From the NCBI GenBank assembly GCA_051252375.1, contig JBPOFY010000004.1, positions 96,001 through 160,000 of the forward strand: 64,000 nucleotides of DNA, given 5' to 3'. The translations under genes were made by a program, and so were the position numbers. This document shows positions 28,622 to 38,904 of the stretch, in pieces (positions within the stretch are counted from its first letter, which is position 1; each line of letters begins with the position of its first letter). Under the pieces are notes generated by a model that had not been told where the DNA came from, searched no databases, and saw only the letters and a list, made by a program, of their open reading frames with translations. The stretch is from Opitutaceae bacterium (GTDB lineage: Bacteria > Verrucomicrobiota > Verrucomicrobiia > Opitutales > Coraliomargaritaceae).

Positions 28622-31600
28622 TTAGACTTCATCTTCATCCAACCAGCGAAAGTCTACAATTTCGAAACGACGACCAAAGCGCTTATTATCTTCAGAGTTC
28701 AACGTGCCATTCGAAGGAAGTGCGTATTTATCGTCAGAACTGTCAACATAGTCAGCCTTTCTCTGCACGACGGCTTCACACCATGACTGGCTGACGACCT
28801 CATTGGTCAGAGGATCACGGACATCGCCATAAGCACGGATGATGAAGGTGTCGTCGCGCGCCGAGAGTATACCGCTGACAGGACGAAGCACATCAGCCTG
28901 ACGCGTCCATCCCGGGAAGCCGTAAGCCGGACTCCCCTCTGCCGCTTCAGGAAAAGGATAATTAAGCGCGTTACCCAACGCGTCATCTGTAGAGACGTCT
29001 GCATTCGGGAAAGTGTTCTTTAAGTCGGTGTATGGGTTTTCACTACCCACGCTATCAGATAATTCTAGGAGTGCTGACTCCACAGCACCTGCGTGGGCTA
29101 GGTCTGCATTGCTGGACAACTGCCGATTGAAAAACTCCGACAATGAAAGAAATGGGCCACGCTTTTTGATCTCTACCACTATTTCGCGAGCTAAAGCTTC
29201 GATTTGTCCATTCGTAAAACGCTGATGTTTGGAAAGTGAGGAGTATCCGAGTGCTCCAGCTCCTTCATCGGACATCAGACGACTGCGCGGGAAAGGGCTT
29301 CCGGCGCTAGCTTCGAGACTGGCGGTTGCACTACCACTACCTGCGGTAGAACTGTCCAAACTTAGGACACCCGGTTGATCTGTGCCAAAATTTCGCTTTA
29401 AAAGCATCGCCCAAGCACGTTCGGACGTGGAGTTGATGTTAAACATCCCTTCCACTTCAAGCTCCGCAGCGAGCTTAAGCCAGGCATCTTTGTCGCTTAA
29501 GAAACTAGTGGCCACTGAACCCGCATTCGCAGCACTCTGCAGTTCATGCGGAAGATAGTACTGATTCGGTAATGCCTCCGCACCATTAAGGTGCTGCTGA
29601 TAGACTTGCTGAAGTGTGCGACCTCCACCAGCCGACCAAGGATTCGGATCGGGCGCAACCGATGAGATGAACCAGTCATCCAGCATAAGATGATTAAATG
29701 CATAGCTGTGATCATGACCAACCACGCTAAAATTCGTATCGGCACCGCTCAACATTGAAACTCGAATTTTATCACTATCAATGAAGGCGGAGGCACGACT
29801 ATTTCCCAACGGATTGAGTGTATAAGGTGCCCAAGAATTACATTTATTCACATCAAAATGCTGCAAATCACCAATCGAACGTAGGGGGCTCGTGGGAACC
29901 TCTGTGAGGATGAGATTAGCAAGCCCATCGCCGGTACCGAAACCACTCCCCAAATAACCTTCGGGATCGTCCGCCGCACCGGATGGCATCCTAGGATCTG
30001 TATAAGAATTCACACTAAAGAGGAGGACGTTATAGGGATATATATCAAACCGCCCCAAGAGCGGTGTCTGATTTGTGTCATCAGTAGCACTGACCATGTA
30101 ACCAACTGTTGGGTTCATGTTGTGAATACCATTCACTACAACATTCTCCATCTGATCATTCACATCTCGAGCAAAGCGCATGCTCATAGCGAGCGTTAAG
30201 AATGGCTTCGGGTTAGTGCTCAAGCTCTGCAAAGTGCCACTAACACCTGTGAGCGTAAGATCATCTCCAAGCATCTCCCTTGCGTGCTCTAAATCATCCA
30301 ATAACAAACTCTTATTCATTGAATTGGGAGGGTTACCCATTCTACTAGAGGCTCGTTTAAGCGTATAATACACTCCCGCACCTTGCACATTGGGCCCACT
30401 AAATATTTTTTGAAGCACCGCTTCTGTGGCTGCAAGGGTGGCAGTCCCAGGACTATCCGCGAGACCCGGAATATTGTAACGAATACCACCGGCAGGATTG
30501 CACCCCACTTCGTAAGTCACCGTGCCATTACTTTCGTTCTCAACGGTCCCGCCTCCTGTCGGTGAAAAAACCCGAACTTCTCCTGGCAGCCAAATAGACG
30601 ATGGAGATCCAGTCAGAAGACTGATACTCTTAACACCAAGATCATTTACACTCCTTAATTGCTGCGTGCCATTAAGATTAAATCGAACACTAAAAGGAGA
30701 ACCCATAATCAAGTTCAGCTGGATGTTTCCACGCCAGCTCATATCCAGAGCAACATCATAGGGGTTCCACATCGTAATGATCGGATTAAGTATGACGCAG
30801 GGCTGGTAGTTCGTGCCGACTGGTTTAGAGCTGAGCGAAATAACGGTATGGACTCTAGCGACCACCGGAAGGCGACGCACTGTATCAGCCAACTCCCACT
30901 GCTGGTTGCCGGTGGCTTTCTGGTAGGCCGTCGAATCGTCAAAATCAGCTACCTCATCTCCGGAGCTGTTCAGCTGTTTGTATTGCGTTGCGAAGTCGGC
31001 CAACGCAGACCAACTGACTGAATTCTGAAAAGGGAATCTGCTCCAATCAGACCAAGGGTAAATGAGTGGATTCTTAGATGAGGTAGCGTTATACTTACCA
31101 GAGGTCCAAACTTGACCAGGGCTCAAAGTAAACGAGGAAAAGCCCTCTGGGATAGAAGAGAACGTCTCTGCAAATAGAGACAGATCACGCCGCCAACCAC
31201 CATTCGCGGTATTGGTCAGCAAGCCCCTTGAGTAGACGGTTAAGTCATGGAAAAACTCTGATGGCTTCTCCGTGCCCGAGCCAACTGCCACTAGGTTTAA
31301 AGATTTGCGGCTAGCAACACGGTCCACATCCGTGGTGTCAACAATATCAAAGTCTACCCCACTCGGTCCGGGAGAGACCAACATCTGCTCAGTGGCATCA
31401 AAGTTATCGGTGACCTCTTCGGCCGGCTTGAGCCGAACCTTGGTATTCTCCCCTTGCACCCACCACGCATAGGACCCGCTACCGTCGGGCATCTGGGTCG
31501 GCCGAATATGCACCTCGTCCTCCGCCACTGCATTGATTCCCAGTGTCCCCTTAGCCAAGAGTTGAATGGTATCTAAGCTCTCAGCAACCGGTGGCACATC

Positions 31601-32071
31601 TGTGGCCGTAAGCACAGCGCCAGAGTTTCTCGATTCTTGAAACGAGGATGTTAACCAAGACAAAAAGCGACCTTGATCAGCACTGCCGATCTCCAATTCG
31701 CCATTATCTAATTTTAAACCATAATCCGGCGCTTCCGGCAGACCTGTCGTCTTGTCATGATCCAGCCCTTCCCATGCCCGCCAGACACCGGTTAGCTTCC
31801 TCGTCTTGTCCGCAACCGGCACACCAGCGACTGCCCCAACCGGTGCAGTTACCCGCTGATCATGGCCCGCATACTTTTGCAGTTCACCAATCGCAACATT
31901 GAGCGATAGCAGCGCCGCTTGCTCTGCTTCTAAACGATGCTTACCAATGTCGGCACTCCGTGTTTCGACATGGACCAAGCTCGTGATCGTCAAGAGCAGC
32001 ACCAAGATGAATGCCATCAAGGACAGAGCAATGACTAATGCGAAAGCAGATTGGCGAGAATCAGACTTCAT
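28622..32071 (-). CDS. Giant PilX/GspK-like pseudopilin-domain protein (Verrucomicrobia type), copy 1
   Basis: Prepilin-like N-terminus SA|FALVIALSLMAFILVLLL lacking Glu5; AIGELQKYAG.DQRVTAP; C-terminal RGPFLSLSEFFNR, PGWTRQADVL, SARDDTFIIRAYG and FGRRFEIVDFRWL.EDEV. Confidence 0.8.
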   Translation of the reverse strand: MKSDSRQSAFALVIALSLMAFILVLLLTITSLVHVETRSADIGKHRLEAEQAALLSLNVAIGELQKYAGHDQRVTAPVGAVAGVPVADKTRKLTGVWRAWEGLDHDKTTGLPEAPDYGLKLDNGELEIGSADQGRFLSWLTSSFQESRNSGAVLTATDVPPVAESLDTIQLLAKGTLGINAVAEDEVHIRPTQMPDGSGSYAWWVQGENTKVRLKPAEEVTDNFDATEQMLVSPGPSGVDFDIVDTTDVDRVASRKSLNLVAVGSGTEKPSEFFHDLTVYSRGLLTNTANGGWRRDLSLFAETFSSIPEGFSSFTLSPGQVWTSGKYNATSSKNPLIYPWSDWSRFPFQNSVSWSALADFATQYKQLNSSGDEVADFDDSTAYQKATGNQQWELADTVRRLPVVARVHTVISLSSKPVGTNYQPCVILNPIITMWNPYDVALDMSWRGNIQLNLIMGSPFSVRFNLNGTQQLRSVNDLGVKSISLLTGSPSSIWLPGEVRVFSPTGGGTVENESNGTVTYEVGCNPAGGIRYNIPGLADSPGTATLAATEAVLQKIFSGPNVQGAGVYYTLKRASSRMGNPPNSMNKSLLLDDLEHAREMLGDDLTLTGVSGTLQSLSTNPKPFLTLAMSMRFARDVNDQMENVVVNGIHNMNPTVGYMVSATDDTNQTPLLGRFDIYPYNVLLFSVNSYTDPRMPSGAADDPEGYLGSGFGTGDGLANLILTEVPTSPLRSIGDLQHFDVNKCNSWAPYTLNPLGNSRASAFIDSDKIRVSMLSGADTNFSVVGHDHSYAFNHLMLDDWFISSVAPDPNPWSAGGGRTLQQVYQQHLNGAEALPNQYYLPHELQSAANAGSVATSFLSDKDAWLKLAAELEVEGMFNINSTSERAWAMLLKRNFGTDQPGVLSLDSSTAGSGSATASLEASAGSPFPRSRLMSDEGAGALGYSSLSKHQRFTNGQIEALAREIVVEIKKRGPFLSLSEFFNRQLSSNADLAHAGAVESALLELSDSVGSENPYTDLKNTFPNADVSTDDALGNALNYPFPEAAEGSPAYGFPGWTRQADVLRPVSGILSARDDTFIIRAYGDVRDPLTNEVVSQSWCEAVVQRKADYVDSSDDKYALPSNGTLNSEDNKRFGRRFEIVDFRWLDEDEV

Positions 32072-32352
32072 AAATATGAACAGCTGGAATGATCGGGGTT
32101 TGAGGGGTAGACGAAGTTCACTTCAATAGTTTAAGTAAATTTCCTTAAACATCAAACCTTGCAGTATATCCAATCCGTTGACGATAAAGTTCTGATACCC
32201 AAAATAAGGTATTCCATCGCAAGCTAGGTTATCTGGATAGCAAGGCATAGCAACACAGTGCGCCCACCGATCCCTCCACCGGAAACTCATGGTTCGGGAA
32301 ATGCCCATACCCAATCTCCATGCCTCTGACGTATAAGACGGATTCCGGGAAA

Positions 32353-32376
32353 CACGTCACTGAGTGACGTGGCTAC
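32353..32376 (-). repeat. GTAG-type REP-like palindrome (single copy in the window)
   Basis: Minus strand reads GTAGC CACGTCACT C AGTGACGTG, a GTAG tetranucleotide followed by a perfect 9-bp-arm palindrome. Confidence 0.5.
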
Positions 32377-32598
32377 ACCTTACACCCTCCTTGTTCACAC
32401 ACCTCTTCGTGCCTTGTAGGTTCCTCCATGATGTTAAATCAGCGCCCATCCGCGAAAATTAGCCGTCTTCAACTATGCTGGATTCTGGCCTGACTAACCC
32501 CGTTGCTCATTCGACTGGCTCATGACAGGTAAGCAACAAGGCCACAGGGCGACCAACTTTAGCTCGTGGCCTCGAAGCTCTGCTTCGGGGAATGCTTA

Positions 32599-32630
32599 GC
32601 TCCCCCTCTATTCAGAAATCGAGAGGGAGC
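32599..32630 (-). other. Stem-loop directly downstream of the GH29 stop codon (no U-tract)
   Basis: Minus strand GCTCCCTCTC-N12-GAGGGGGAGC forms a 10-bp stem with one G-U pair. Confidence 0.5.
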
Positions 32631-32638
32631 ATCCGAGC

Positions 32639-34165
32639 TTACTTCAAGCTAAGCTTAAAACCAGTGACCAACGCATCCGGGAGTTTACTTGGGAGCTTGA
32701 TAGTTAACCCTTTGGCAGAACGCTCCCAGTGAAGCGTCTCTTTGCTACCCATCATTTCAATCTTAGCAATTTCCTGGTCGAGCACTCCTCCAGTCGCGAG
32801 GGTCTCAATCAAGATATCCTCAGTCGGTGGAGTCAGCACATAGGCAAAGAGGTCACCATCTTTCGTCGTGAAACGGATATCCTGTTGCGAAAAGTCGTCA
32901 TGGTTTTCTCCTTGTCGGCCATCCTTCATCTTCAATGGACCCTCACCGAATACCTTCCATGCTCGGGTGCCATAAATCCCTTCACCATTTATTCTAAGGA
33001 AATCCCCCATCGCGTTTAAATACACAGCTTGGTTCTCGGGAAGTGTGCCATCACCGCGCAAAGCGACATTCATCATCACGACACCGTTCTTACTGATTGC
33101 ATCGACCGCATTACCAACCATCACTGGAATGCTCATGCGATTCTTCGAGCCCTTTCGATAGAACCAACCACCCGATACATCCGTCGCCCACATCCAAGCT
33201 TCTGGCTTAATGTCTCCCGCACTGCCACGCTCGAGATTATAGGTAAAAGCACGGGGATCACGCTTACCGTCTTTGAAAGATAACACTACGGATTGCTTGC
33301 CATCATTCTCTTTCAAGTCGCGGTTGATGTAGGAGGCAAAAAGCTTCACCCCGAGTGCATTACCACGCTTTTCATTTGGATAAGGGGAATCGTTGTTAAA
33401 CATATCGGGATCGTATTTTTCGATAATCTCCCAACAGCGGTCATACCAATGCTGATTCCAGCTGTCCTGACTCGCGTAGCCCTTCGGGTCGAAGTCCATA
33501 TTAAAGAGCTTCGCTTCCAGTGTGCCCGAGGTCTGGTATTTTCGGGCAGCATTGAAAAAGCGAGGCGACCAGTAAAGGTGCGTGGACACGCCAAACTTAA
33601 GGCCGTGCTTATAGGCAGCCTCCTTCCACTCTTTCAAGGTATCACGCTTCGGTCCCATATCCGCCGAGTTCCACGGGTGGGACGAATCATACATGTCGAA
33701 GTTATCGTGGTGCGTGGCGACCGGCATAATAAAGCGCGCACCGTTCTCCTTACAGAATCTAACCAGCGCATCCGGATCCCAGTTTTCTGCAGTAAATAGA
33801 GGGATCAAATCTTCGTAGCCAAATTCAGAAGGATGACCATAACGCTCGGTATGGAAAGCGGTGAGCTCCTCCGTCATCTTCAACTGCCCACCGACTTCGC
33901 CATCGTTTGGACCATACATACGGCGACCGTAGTGCGAACCGTCGTTGGGTCGATTTTCGTCAGTCGAAGAGGGGACACCCCAATGCATCCAGACGCCAAA
34001 TTTACCGTCCACAAACCATTCCGGAACGGAGTAATTCGCAGCCATCGACTCCCAGGTTGGTTCGATAGGTCCAGTCGAAGGTTGAATTTCAGCAAGTAAG
34101 CTCGTCGCAACCGCACATAGGCCTCCAACCGCAAGTGCTTGAATGGCAATGAGATTTTCCTTCAT
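32639..34165 (-). CDS. GH29 alpha-L-fucosidase
   Basis: EPTWES, VPEWFVDGKFGVWMHWG, ATHHDNF, WNSADMGPKRD, NGEGIYGTRAW and DIRFTTK motifs. Confidence 0.92.
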   Translation of the reverse strand: MKENLIAIQALAVGGLCAVATSLLAEIQPSTGPIEPTWESMAANYSVPEWFVDGKFGVWMHWGVPSSTDENRPNDGSHYGRRMYGPNDGEVGGQLKMTEELTAFHTERYGHPSEFGYEDLIPLFTAENWDPDALVRFCKENGARFIMPVATHHDNFDMYDSSHPWNSADMGPKRDTLKEWKEAAYKHGLKFGVSTHLYWSPRFFNAARKYQTSGTLEAKLFNMDFDPKGYASQDSWNQHWYDRCWEIIEKYDPDMFNNDSPYPNEKRGNALGVKLFASYINRDLKENDGKQSVVLSFKDGKRDPRAFTYNLERGSAGDIKPEAWMWATDVSGGWFYRKGSKNRMSIPVMVGNAVDAISKNGVVMMNVALRGDGTLPENQAVYLNAMGDFLRINGEGIYGTRAWKVFGEGPLKMKDGRQGENHDDFSQQDIRFTTKDGDLFAYVLTPPTEDILIETLATGGVLDQEIAKIEMMGSKETLHWERSAKGLTIKLPSKLPDALVTGFKLSLK

Positions 34166-34187
34166 CAAATGAGACTGTAATAAATGA

Positions 34188-36020
34188 CTAAGGCGCTAAT
34201 TTCTTCACCACTGTCTGCGGCGGCACGCGCCCGAAAGATGGATCGTAGACAGGCATGCTCATACCTGCTGGAGTTTGCCAGCCTGGCTTCGGGCAATGCG
34301 TCACGTAGGCGTAATACGGTGTGGCTGAACCCTTAGAACTAATAAACAACGGAGCCAATTCGGTGACGCCCTTTTCAAGACTCACCTTAAAAGTCACTTC
34401 CTTTGCGCCCTTCGGAATGTCTTTAGTGATATCAATATCACCGATGCGCATACGTGCTTGCCGATACTTGTAAGCCTTTCCATAGGTGCCGTCATTGATT
34501 CCCTTGTCGGCTTCGACTGGCCAACGACGCAGCGAAATTTCATAGTCGCCAGCCTGCTCCACTTCGATTGCCCAGAAAGACTCTACAGCAACATCGCCGT
34601 CGATGATGTGCGTTTGATTCCAAGGCGGCAATTGGTCGAGCAACCAGTCGTGCGAGGAAAGCGGCACAATGGGTGCATGGTCGGAACCAATCACCATGTA
34701 GCTAATCAGATTATGCTCGCGAGAAACGTCGTCCCAGAACTTGTCGTATTCTGCGCGCATGCGCTCAAACACCTCAGGGTATTGTGCCGCTACATCGCTC
34801 GCCTGTTTTGGATCGGCTTCGATATCATAAAGCTCCTCGCCGTTTACCAAGCGCCACTGATCGGTCATCACCGCGCTCTTACGCCATTTAATCGGATCCA
34901 CGACACGCTGCGATTCAACGACAAGAGCACGTTCCTGCCAATGATCGCCGTCCGTGTAGAGCAGCTCGCGAATACTAGAACCATCAAACTCAATTTCGGG
35001 AGCTTCGAGCTCCAACAAGTCGATGAAAGTGGGTAGAATATCCATGTGCGCGGTCAAGCGCTCGACGGACTTACCTGCTTCGATCTTACCATTTGGCCAA
35101 CGAAGGATGAACGGCACACGGTGCCCCCCATCATATTCAGAATTCTTCGATCCGCGCATGCCACCGTCGTAACCGCCCCCCGTCTGATTAAGCCCGCCAG
35201 CCGTGCCATTGTCGGTCATGAAAACAAGAATCGTATTCTCGGCCAGCCCTTCGGTGTCGAGCATGTCCATGAGCTTCGCCATGTTGTCATCGATATTGGT
35301 GACCATGCCGTAAAATTCCGGATAAGAAACACGCGGGTCACCCTCGTAAGGGTCACTGTATTCAAGCGGACAATAAAACGGCTTGTGCGGTGCATTGAGT
35401 GAAATGTAAGCGAAAAAGGGTTTATCTTTATTCGCTTTGATGAACTTCATACCCTCATCAAACCAAACGTCAGTGCAGAACCCTTCAAAACGCTGCGGTT
35501 TGCCATTTATCCAATAGGTGTCGTCGAAGTAATCGTTGCCCCAGTAGTCAGGTGCTTGCCCCACTCCACCCGCTTGGTGATAAACGGTGTGCTGGAAACC
35601 ACGGTCCTCTGGACGATAGGGATACACGTCACCCAAGTGCCACTTGCCGAACAAGCCGGTGGCATAGCCATTGGATGTAAAAATATCCGCCATGGTGACT
35701 TCACGGCGACGTAACATATTACGCCCCTGCACAGTGTGCCAAACCCCTACGCGATTTGAATGGCGACCAGTCATCAAAGCAGAGCGTGTCGGTGCACATG
35801 TGGGATCCACATGGAAGTCATTTAGCAAAGTGCCCTGAGTGCGCAGCTTATCGATATTGGGTGTTTTAATCACCGGGTTTCCGGTAAAACCGAGATCACC
35901 ATAACCTTGGTCATCCGTTATCACGATGATGACGTTGGGCTGCTCGGCGTTCTTGGAAAGCGCAGGCTGTGCAATGGCCGCAAGCGCGGCGAGGGTGAGG
36001 ATAAATGACTTTATACGCAT
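34188..36020 (-). CDS. S1 family sulfatase with a C-terminal extension
   Basis: [34 protein letters not shown] and TDNG motifs. Confidence 0.95.
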   Translation of the reverse strand: MRIKSFILTLAALAAIAQPALSKNAEQPNVIIVITDDQGYGDLGFTGNPVIKTPNIDKLRTQGTLLNDFHVDPTCAPTRSALMTGRHSNRVGVWHTVQGRNMLRRREVTMADIFTSNGYATGLFGKWHLGDVYPYRPEDRGFQHTVYHQAGGVGQAPDYWGNDYFDDTYWINGKPQRFEGFCTDVWFDEGMKFIKANKDKPFFAYISLNAPHKPFYCPLEYSDPYEGDPRVSYPEFYGMVTNIDDNMAKLMDMLDTEGLAENTILVFMTDNGTAGGLNQTGGGYDGGMRGSKNSEYDGGHRVPFILRWPNGKIEAGKSVERLTAHMDILPTFIDLLELEAPEIEFDGSSIRELLYTDGDHWQERALVVESQRVVDPIKWRKSAVMTDQWRLVNGEELYDIEADPKQASDVAAQYPEVFERMRAEYDKFWDDVSREHNLISYMVIGSDHAPIVPLSSHDWLLDQLPPWNQTHIIDGDVAVESFWAIEVEQAGDYEISLRRWPVEADKGINDGTYGKAYKYRQARMRIGDIDITKDIPKGAKEVTFKVSLEKGVTELAPLFISSKGSATPYYAYVTHCPKPGWQTPAGMSMPVYDPSFGRVPPQTVVKKLAP

Positions 36021-36033
36021 AAGTTAAATCTCT

Positions 36034-37482
36034 CTATAGGGTGACTTTGATCACCGTGTTATATTCATCCACTGGACTTGCTGGCAGACTAATTTTTAAA
36101 GCTTTTCCGTCTCGAGAAAATTTGACTTTCTCGCCATTGGCGAGGAAGAAAGCCCTCCTCGCTCTACTCGGCATATTCTCAACCGTAATACTACGGGAGA
36201 CCTCCCCTCCAGTTTCGCTTGCTTCAGGCCAATGCAGCACATGGAGATAGAGCGTTTTGCCGTCTTTGCTAATAGAGCAGTCGCCCCACTCAGGACGCTC
36301 GGGCAATGGATTACGGACGGTGCCGTAGATCGACTCACCGTTCACCTTCAGCCAGTCACCGATCACTCCGTAAAGACGCACCGCTTCAGGGTCGAGTTGC
36401 CCGTTACCCATTGGGCCGTTATTGAGCAGTGAGTTGCCACCTGCACAAACGGTGTGCACTAAGCGCTCAATCATCTCTTTTTCCGTATGGTAATAGTGAT
36501 TGCCCTTGGTCTTATAGCCGAACGACGAGCTCACACTGTCAGGCGACTCAACATAAAGTGGCAGCTTACGATCAGGGACTTCTTTATCACCAATCGAAAC
36601 ATAATCATAGAGCGGCAAATATTGTGGCTCGATCTTGCCCTTACCGCGGTGAATCAGGCGGGAGTTGATTAGGCAGTTCGGGCGATACTTCCGCACCATA
36701 TCGCTAAAGAGTTTCGCGCGCTCAAAATTCATTTGAACTGGGGTATCGAACCAGATCAAATCTAGCTCGTAGTTCTTCACTAGCTCCTCCACCTGGGGAA
36801 GGCTTTTCTTCATGATATAGCTATCGAAATCGGGCTCGAAATCGGCAGGTAGTTCAGGGTGCAGGAAGCTGCGCTTGGTGCGCGTGTTCAAGTATGGTGC
36901 ATCCGGCTCATCCCAGTCTTGGGCGTGCGAGTAATAGACGCCGAACTTGAGTCCTTGTTTGTGGCAGGCCTCGCTCAACTCTTTGATGATGTCGCGCTTG
37001 AACGGAGTGTAGTCGACAATGTTGTAGTCACTCACCATCGAATCGAAGAGCGCGAAACCATCGTGGTGCTTCGAGGTGATCACAACATACTTGATGCCTG
37101 AGTCCTTAAAGACCTTGGCCCATGCATCGGCATCGAAGTCAACAGGGTTAAACTGCTTGGCGACTTCATGATACTCTGTAGCCGACATTTGAGCGGAAAC
37201 TTGAATCCACTCAGAATACCGGAAACCATTGCCGCGGCCTTCGTATTCTCCTTCGAGCTGAGAATACACACCAAAGTGAATAAAAGCACCGAACTTCGCG
37301 TCACGAAACCAGAGCTCTTGTCGGGCGATCGAGTCGGGAGTCTGTTGCAAATCATCCGCAAAGCGGTATTCAAAGCTCACATCACCTGCTGGTTGATTGG
37401 GAGCTTTTTTTGCTGGTTCATTGGCAGTGAGCGATAGTGTGCCTGCTAGGATTGCGATGAGCGGTATGAGTTTTGTCTTCAT
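36034..37482 (-). CDS. GH29 alpha-L-fucosidase
   Basis: WFRDAKFGAFIHFG, TSKHHDGF, LIWFDTP (nucleophile) and WLKVNGESIYGT motifs. Confidence 0.95.
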   Translation of the reverse strand: MKTKLIPLIAILAGTLSLTANEPAKKAPNQPAGDVSFEYRFADDLQQTPDSIARQELWFRDAKFGAFIHFGVYSQLEGEYEGRGNGFRYSEWIQVSAQMSATEYHEVAKQFNPVDFDADAWAKVFKDSGIKYVVITSKHHDGFALFDSMVSDYNIVDYTPFKRDIIKELSEACHKQGLKFGVYYSHAQDWDEPDAPYLNTRTKRSFLHPELPADFEPDFDSYIMKKSLPQVEELVKNYELDLIWFDTPVQMNFERAKLFSDMVRKYRPNCLINSRLIHRGKGKIEPQYLPLYDYVSIGDKEVPDRKLPLYVESPDSVSSSFGYKTKGNHYYHTEKEMIERLVHTVCAGGNSLLNNGPMGNGQLDPEAVRLYGVIGDWLKVNGESIYGTVRNPLPERPEWGDCSISKDGKTLYLHVLHWPEASETGGEVSRSITVENMPSRARRAFFLANGEKVKFSRDGKALKISLPASPVDEYNTVIKVTL

Positions 37483-37513
37483 GATATGAATGATGTATTG
37501 GTTCGTTTAAATT

Positions 37514-38902
37514 TTATTGACCGGACTTCTTTTCCTTCTCCTTTTTGCTATAAGTCCGCGCTAAGCAGGCTGGATCCGCTTCAGTCGGGAGTTCGGCATA
37601 CCATTCGAAGAGCAACTGTTTAAGTCGTGCAGTTATTTCGGGATTCTCCTTAGACTTTTCTAGGCTCACATCCTCGAAGCGATTCTCCTTCATGTTATAG
37701 AGTTCGACGCGGTCGCCTTCGAAAGTTGTGACTAGTTTCCAATCACCATAACGAATGGCAAGTCGCGGCCAGAGATCGGGCTCACCTTCATGGTCTTTTT
37801 TAAGCCAGAAGATAGGACGTGTCCGAGCGATTTGTTTACCGTGAAAAGCACGAATCAGTTTTTCACCGTCAAGTTCAGCATCCTTCGGCAGCTTAATGCC
37901 TGCGGCTGCACAGAATGTCGGCAACAGATCCACCGCAGTGATCACGGTATTATCGTTCACGACACCTGCTGGTAGATTTGCTGGCCAACGGACGATGAAT
38001 GGCACACGCACACCACCCTCGAAGAGGCTACGTTTACCGCCACGCAAACCGCCCGTGGTGCCGACGCTATACCACCAAGCATACTTATCTGTTTCACCAT
38101 TTCGAGTTCTTGACTTCCGTTTTTCATTACCGGTTTCTTCTGGACCATTGTCACTGGAGAAGACCACGATGGTGTTTTCTGCAATACCGGCCTTATCCAG
38201 CGCGTCCATTACTTGACCGACCTTATTGTCACCGTCCTTGAGAACCGCGGCATAGACTTGTTTCTGCTCATCAAGGTGCTTGAAATGCTCCATCGAAGCA
38301 TCACTTGGCTCGTGCGGCAGGTGCGTTTCGTGCAACCAAACATTTAGATAAAAGGGACGATCCTTGTTCTCTTCAATGAACTTCGCGGCATAGTCACCGA
38401 TCTCTTCGTATTTAAGCTGTGGTCCTGGACCAGCAAACACTCGTGATTCATCAAAACCATAGTCGGCAACTTCTGGCGCACCGGGAATACCATGACGCCC
38501 CATGTGCCATTTACCAACGTGACCCGTGTAGTAGCCGGCTGCTTTAAAGTAGTGAGCGATGTTGGGGGCTTTTGGATCGAGCCAATCTGGACGCTCCTTC
38601 ATCTTACTGCCTCCACTGAAAATATCGTTGATCCCGAAGCGTGATGAGAAACGCCCCGTCATCGCAGCCACACGACTGGGTGAACAGATCGGATTGAGCA
38701 CATTAAACTGCTGGAAATCCGTTCCTTGGCTCGCCAAGCGATCCAAGTTCGGGGTATCGACCCACTCAGTGCCATGAGCAGAAATATCACCCCAGCCCCA
38801 GTCATCCGCATAGATGAAGACGATATTCGGTCTATCCGACTGCCCCCAACTGAGGGCGAAGAGGTATAGGAAGGCCGCGACAATGATAGATAGTTTTTTC
38901 AT
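37514..38902 (-). CDS. S1 family sulfatase
   Basis: PNIVFIYADDWG, CSPSRVAAMTGR, GKWH, SSDNGPE and FEGGVRVP motifs. Confidence 0.95.
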   Translation of the reverse strand: MKKLSIIVAAFLYLFALSWGQSDRPNIVFIYADDWGWGDISAHGTEWVDTPNLDRLASQGTDFQQFNVLNPICSPSRVAAMTGRFSSRFGINDIFSGGSKMKERPDWLDPKAPNIAHYFKAAGYYTGHVGKWHMGRHGIPGAPEVADYGFDESRVFAGPGPQLKYEEIGDYAAKFIEENKDRPFYLNVWLHETHLPHEPSDASMEHFKHLDEQKQVYAAVLKDGDNKVGQVMDALDKAGIAENTIVVFSSDNGPEETGNEKRKSRTRNGETDKYAWWYSVGTTGGLRGGKRSLFEGGVRVPFIVRWPANLPAGVVNDNTVITAVDLLPTFCAAAGIKLPKDAELDGEKLIRAFHGKQIARTRPIFWLKKDHEGEPDLWPRLAIRYGDWKLVTTFEGDRVELYNMKENRFEDVSLEKSKENPEITARLKQLLFEWYAELPTEADPACLARTYSKKEKEKKSGQ

Positions 38903-38904
38903 AG

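Noticed and set aside
32123..32314. 63-aa minus-strand ORF
   Set aside because: It has a non-ATG start and no recognisable motif, and lies in the probable promoter region of the pseudopilin gene.
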